Positions 17,759-22,191 of a stretch of 22,191 nucleotides of DNA are shown here, one piece after another. Under the pieces are notes generated by a model that saw only the letters and a list, made by a program, of their open reading frames with translations, searched no databases and was not told where the DNA came from. This stretch comes from Ignisphaera sp. (lineage in GTDB: Archaea > Thermoproteota > Thermoprotei_A > Sulfolobales > Ignisphaeraceae). The position numbers and the translations under genes are program-made. How positions within the stretch are numbered: position 1 is the stretch's first letter; every line of letters begins with the position of its first letter. The stretch is taken from the NCBI GenBank assembly GCA_038889075.1, contig JAWAHS010000005.1, positions 78,112 through 100,302 on the forward strand, given 5' to 3'.

Positions 17759-18883
17759 TTATGCCCTCTCCAACCCATGTAGAACAGAATTGTTTACTAT
17801 AGATCTAACCTCATCCGGTATGTATATCTCGATATCCTCTCCACCTCTACTAGCAGACTGATATAGAGCATCAAGAATTAGCATTTCATATACGCTCTCC
17901 CTAGGGTCTATAGGGCTATCAAGCCCCTTCATTACCGCCTCTACGAATTTGCCTATCTTATCACTCCACACATCTTTTTGAGGTAAAACTACTCTGGATG
18001 TGGTCATGTATCCATTTTCATCTCTAAAGATTTCGAGTGGATAAAGCTTTATACCACCTTTTAAGCCAAGGAAGAATGGTCTACCGAGATCATCATTATG
18101 CATAGCCCACGTCACCTTAAGCCATAGAACAGCATTATTCTTGAGTACTATTTTTCCAATTGCAAAATCTTCAACATTGAATCTGCTAACATCCCACGAA
18201 CCCCAGCTACCGACGACAGTAGCTGCTTCCTCATCTTTTCCAAGTGTTGCATATATATGTCCACTGACCCGTACTACCTCTGGATACCCGAGTATATACA
18301 TTGCGTTATCAATAGCATAGCAGCCTAGATCCAATAAAACCCCTCCTCCAGATAGCTCCCTATCTATAAATGTTAACCGTGGTGGTATAGCTCTTCTTCT
18401 CTCCCGACCTTCAACAGTCTCACCATAATAGAATCCACCGAGAAGCCCAGAGGCAACAAACCTTCTAGCTGCCATAATTTCACATGAGAATCTGTTTTGA
18501 AAACCTACCATTAAAATTCGCTTGTATTGTATGGCTGCACGCAGCATCTCTAGTGCCTCCGTAGCTGAAATCGCCATAGGTTTTTCAACAAGTACATGAA
18601 TACCTTTTTTAAGTGCATACACTGTTGGCGCTGCATGGTATTTATGAGGGGTGCAGATACTTACACCATCCATTGGTATTCTATCAAACATATCTTCATA
18701 TCCTCTAAATACATTTTCTTCAGGAATTCCGTATATCTTGGCAAATCTTCTAGCCCTCTCGACATCTATATCAGCAACAGCAACAAGATCTACATATGGA
18801 TTCTGTCTATAGTATTTAGCGTGTGCTTCAGCTATACCACCAGCTCCTACAAACCCGATTTTAACTCTTTCTATTCTAGTCAT
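17759..18883 (-). CDS. Gfo/Idh/MocA family oxidoreductase
   Basis: GAGGIA Rossmann motif, ICTPHKYH, VEKP, GFQNRF and GGGVLLDLGCY. Confidence 0.92.
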   Translation of the reverse strand: MTRIERVKIGFVGAGGIAEAHAKYYRQNPYVDLVAVADIDVERARRFAKIYGIPEENVFRGYEDMFDRIPMDGVSICTPHKYHAAPTVYALKKGIHVLVEKPMAISATEALEMLRAAIQYKRILMVGFQNRFSCEIMAARRFVASGLLGGFYYGETVEGRERRRAIPPRLTFIDRELSGGGVLLDLGCYAIDNAMYILGYPEVVRVSGHIYATLGKDEEAATVVGSWGSWDVSRFNVEDFAIGKIVLKNNAVLWLKVTWAMHNDDLGRPFFLGLKGGIKLYPLEIFRDENGYMTTSRVVLPQKDVWSDKIGKFVEAVMKGLDSPIDPRESVYEMLILDALYQSASRGGEDIEIYIPDEVRSIVNNSVLHGLERA

Positions 18884-19082
18884 ATATGGAACCCAATATA
18901 GGTTGTGAAATCATTAATTAAGTTTGGAGAGTGTAACTAAAAGCGTATGATAATGTTAGGCAGATACCAAACCACAATCTAATGCTCCAACTTCCAAAGG
19001 TTAATGATTTCCTGTACTTAAATCTAAACTTTTAAGGTTGTGCTTCTAGGGATTGTATTTACATAACTATCTGGGATGTAGA

Positions 19083-19943
19083 ATGCTCGATCTTATGGCC
19101 ATAGTGATGGCTTCAATAATATGGAGTCTACATCCTGCACTTATATTTAGATTTAGAAAATATGTCAAACCAATCATCTATACAGCCATTAGAGCTATTG
19201 CAGCAATGGCGTTTCTACTAATAATAGTACCATTCAATGAAGTAAGACTATCAGAGCTAAAACCCAGCATTATGGTAATTGTAATTGTTTCTGCAATTCT
19301 AGGTCCTGGAATAGGAGATGCAGCATATACGAAAGCTATTCAACTTATAGGTAGCTCTTTAGCTGTGGTAATCAGCTACACCTATATATTCGTAGCACAA
19401 TCTATTGCAGTAGTATTTCTTGGAGAAACTCTATCAGCATTTACAGTAATTGGAACTGTTTTAGCGTTTACAGGAGTGGCTATAGCTACCTTTAGGGGTT
19501 CCACGAATAGTTTTAAATTGCATGGCATAGGATACGCTGTAGCTACATCCATTTCATGGGGTATAGCTACTTCAATGATTAAAATAGCACTAAAGCAGGT
19601 AGACGCTTTTACACTAACTATCGTTAGGATAGCCATTATAGCACTCTTTTTCTTACCACTAGGTCTTGCAATTGAAGGCGCTCCTAGACGAGATTCTGCA
19701 AAAGCTATCTTTATTCTTGCAATAGTAACGGGTGTCCTTGGTTGGGGTATAGGGATGTATCTATTCATATATTCAATAAGTGCTATAGGAGTCTCGATAA
19801 CAGCTATAGCAACAGCTCTAACCCCAGTGCTGGCACATATCACAACAAAATTATTTACAAAAGAGCAGCTGACTAAGAATAATATTATAGGCGCTCTAAT
19901 GATATCTGTAGGAATAGTAATTTCAGCAGTACGGCTTTATTGA
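19083..19943 (+). CDS. EamA/DMT family transporter
   Basis: About 10 TM segments in two repeats, with FLGETLS...IGTVLAFTGV and KEQLT...IIGALMISVG repeat-end motifs. ATG 19083 preferred (ORF track start 19053). Confidence 0.88.
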   Translation: MLDLMAIVMASIIWSLHPALIFRFRKYVKPIIYTAIRAIAAMAFLLIIVPFNEVRLSELKPSIMVIVIVSAILGPGIGDAAYTKAIQLIGSSLAVVISYTYIFVAQSIAVVFLGETLSAFTVIGTVLAFTGVAIATFRGSTNSFKLHGIGYAVATSISWGIATSMIKIALKQVDAFTLTIVRIAIIALFFLPLGLAIEGAPRRDSAKAIFILAIVTGVLGWGIGMYLFIYSISAIGVSITAIATALTPVLAHITTKLFTKEQLTKNNIIGALMISVGIVISAVRLY

Positions 19944-20042
19944 AATCTCTAAAACTTAGAGTTAGTTCAAGGTGGATTTGTAAGGAGAGTTGTATTAATA
20001 GATGTTAAAAAATATTTGGTTTCACATACTGGCTGATTATAA

Positions 20043-21527
20043 CTATATAGTTAATCCAAAGAATGTTGCTAGCGTCGCTAGTAGTGCAAAGGTTGACCAG
20101 AATATAATCCCTATGACGAGTACTATAGCACTCCATATGGGCATTCTGATCTCTTTTGGAAGATGTTTTCTTCCTAGACGTATTGTTGCAGCGGCTGTTA
20201 GTGCAAGTACTATGTTTGATATGTTTGCCACCATTAGAATCCATGCAAAGGGTACTATCCCAAATATATAGTTTAGTGCGAAAGCAAATATTATCCAGAT
20301 GATTATGAAGGCTAGTACAGTGTAGTAGAGTTTCTTAACTTCACCTCTCGCCCATCTTCTTACCCTCTCGCTCGCTTGCCATATAAGATCAACTAGTGTT
20401 CTTGTTATCATATCTGTTGAGCCTAGCTGTGTTGAGAATAGTATCCATACTCCTACTAGCAGTGCTATCCCCCAGCCAACAGGTCCCCATAGCTTAGCGA
20501 AATACTCTCCTTGATAGGCTGCTATTCCCCACGTTGGCAACTTTGTTCCTAAGGGTATAAGTCCTACTGCTAGCATTGTGGGTAGGTACATTCCTATAAA
20601 TGCTCCAAGTGTGAATATGCCAACAATATCTATCCATGCAATGGTTCTCCATATCTTCCATCTTTTAAGATTCTCCGGATCTACTCTGAATACCTTACCT
20701 ACTGAGCTAACTGTAATCTTTTTACCTTTTATTAGCGATGGTATTGCTCCAACCTTAGCTCCCATGCCAATCCCCTTATCACGATAGTAATTAGATACCG
20801 TTGTATTGTTTAGACCTCCAGCCCCTGCGTATCCAGCAAGTGCACCTAGAAGAACTATTGTCGCTCCCTTTGGAATGTATCCAAATGTAAAGAATCCCTT
20901 AAATGTTTCGGCAGCAACACTTGCAGGTACAGCAATTGCACAGAGTACTGCAAGTGTTATGATTATCAGAAATATCATTATCCATTGCACGATTTCAAGT
21001 GCCCTCTCTACAACTCCGCCAACGGATACAATACCGACTATAATTAATGCAAGGATTACACCTGCAACCATGACGTATAGCGATTCGCCTGCTCCTGGAA
21101 TTTTACCAAGCATAGCTGCTACTACACCCGTGGCTGCAGCAAATGCCCATGCAGGCCAAGCCCTTTCAAGAATAGATAATACAACTAGTAGAGGTCCCCA
21201 GAATCTCGGACCTGGCCACAGCCTCAGTATACCATTGAATATAGGTTCGCCTGTATACATCGTGTACCTAACCATCTCAAGATTAAGTATTGTCTGGAGT
21301 AGTATAGATACGGTTGCTATCCACAGTATGTATGGTCCATAGAGTACAGCATTGCTAGGTCCTATCAACCACTCACCTGAACCTATAGCTACCCCTAAAA
21401 CTATAGCACTAGGTCCTACAATTCTCATGACACTTGAGAATTTTAGTGGAGGTGGTGGAGGAAGCTCATCGACTTCAAGCGGTGCTCCATGGCCTAGACG
21501 AACTTTATCCGCCGAACCCACCCCCAT
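20043..21527 (-). CDS. Nramp-related (APC superfamily) membrane transporter
   Basis: GPSAIVLGVAIGSGEW TM1, RYTMYTGE and YAGAGG motifs, about 11-12 TM. Lacks the DPGN metal motif of true MntH. ATG 21527 with GGTG SD preferred (ORF track start 21581). Confidence 0.78.
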   Translation of the reverse strand: MGVGSADKVRLGHGAPLEVDELPPPPPLKFSSVMRIVGPSAIVLGVAIGSGEWLIGPSNAVLYGPYILWIATVSILLQTILNLEMVRYTMYTGEPIFNGILRLWPGPRFWGPLLVVLSILERAWPAWAFAAATGVVAAMLGKIPGAGESLYVMVAGVILALIIVGIVSVGGVVERALEIVQWIMIFLIIITLAVLCAIAVPASVAAETFKGFFTFGYIPKGATIVLLGALAGYAGAGGLNNTTVSNYYRDKGIGMGAKVGAIPSLIKGKKITVSSVGKVFRVDPENLKRWKIWRTIAWIDIVGIFTLGAFIGMYLPTMLAVGLIPLGTKLPTWGIAAYQGEYFAKLWGPVGWGIALLVGVWILFSTQLGSTDMITRTLVDLIWQASERVRRWARGEVKKLYYTVLAFIIIWIIFAFALNYIFGIVPFAWILMVANISNIVLALTAAATIRLGRKHLPKEIRMPIWSAIVLVIGIIFWSTFALLATLATFFGLTI

Positions 21528-21791
21528 ATATACACCATGTCTATATTCCCTAACTAGTTTATATTTCTTTATGGATAACAAAGCTAGACATCCATGTACT
21601 ATAGTCTATAATACTCTTTTGCTTATCAACTTTACCATACTACTTTGGATTCTACTAAATACCTAGACGTTGGATATCTACTCTAGTCTAAATATCTTTA
21701 AAGTTCCATACAATTTAGGAGTACGCTATATGCATTCTAGATATTATCTGCTTAAATTTAACTGTACCGTGATATATTATTGTGATTCGGC

Positions 21792-22191
21792 ATGGAATTC
21801 AAGGTTGTCGTTACTGCTCCCATTCATAGAGATGGTATTGATCTTATGAATAGTATTGCAAAGGTGGTTGTACTGGATACTCCTCCGCCATCAGAGGATG
21901 AGTTAATTAGATATGTAGTTGATGCTGATGCTCTTATTGCTACCCTTGGTATTGAGCCGGTAACGAGACGTGTTATAGAACAGTCTACTAAGTTGAAAAT
22001 AGTAGCTCGTCACGGAGTTGGCTATAATAATGTTGATGTAGATGCTGCTACAGAATATGGAGTGTGGGTTACTATAACGCCTGTTGAAGAGTTGCTAGAT
22101 GCCGTTGCTGATCACGCATTTGCTCTACTTCTATGTATTAGTAGAAATGTATGTAGAGCTGATAAATTTGTGAAATCGAGGCAGTGGACTA
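21792..22191 (+). CDS. D-isomer-specific 2-hydroxyacid dehydrogenase (glyoxylate reductase/glycerate dehydrogenase-like), 3'-truncated by window end
   Basis: Not in the ORF track. Manual translation from ATG 21792: MEFKVVVTAPIHRDGIDLM...KLKIVARHGVGYNNVDVDAATEYGVWVT...AVADHAFALLL...; open to the window edge. Confidence 0.9.
   Translation, partial: MEFKVVVTAPIHRDGIDLMNSIAKVVVLDTPPPSEDELIRYVVDADALIATLGIEPVTRRVIEQSTKLKIVARHGVGYNNVDVDAATEYGVWVTITPVEELLDAVADHAFALLLCISRNVCRADKFVKSRQWT

Noticed and set aside
19947-19961. CTCTAA-AAC-TTAGAG hairpin after the EamA gene as a terminator
   Set aside because: Short AT-rich stem expected by chance, and archaeal termination generally relies on oligo-T tracts.
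558-21666. Numerous short antisense or overlapping ORFs in the track (e.g. 558-872, 3687-4052, 8666-9046, 14440-14820, 19382-19843, 20806-21342)
   Set aside because: They lie opposite or within well-supported genes, lack motifs, and show the Ser/Ile/Pro-rich composition of shadow ORFs.

Overview
AT-rich, gene-dense archaeal chromosomal segment. GGTG/GAGGTG Shine-Dalgarno motifs, many TTG/GTG starts, a form III RuBisCO, a tungsten-type AOR and HerA/NurA suggest a hyperthermophilic crenarchaeon (Desulfurococcales, Ignisphaera-like; this is inference). There are 19 complete CDS and one CDS truncated at the right edge. I found no rRNA, tRNA or CRISPR array. The most interesting block is 2567-9189, where a form III RuBisCO with all catalytic motifs sits with a HAD phosphatase, a FucA-like class II aldolase, an aldehyde:ferredoxin oxidoreductase with its MoaD, and a FucI-like isomerase. 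This may be a branched ribulose-(bis)phosphate node with carboxylating and aldolytic/oxidative exits. Other notable items are an 'RQGDV' + DUF6745-like two-gene module, a herA-nurA pair without mre11/rad50 behind a possible IS200/IS605-end relic, a compact SerK-like ParB protein, and an ABC transmembrane domain with no adjacent NBD. All family calls come from motif recognition by eye, not database searches.
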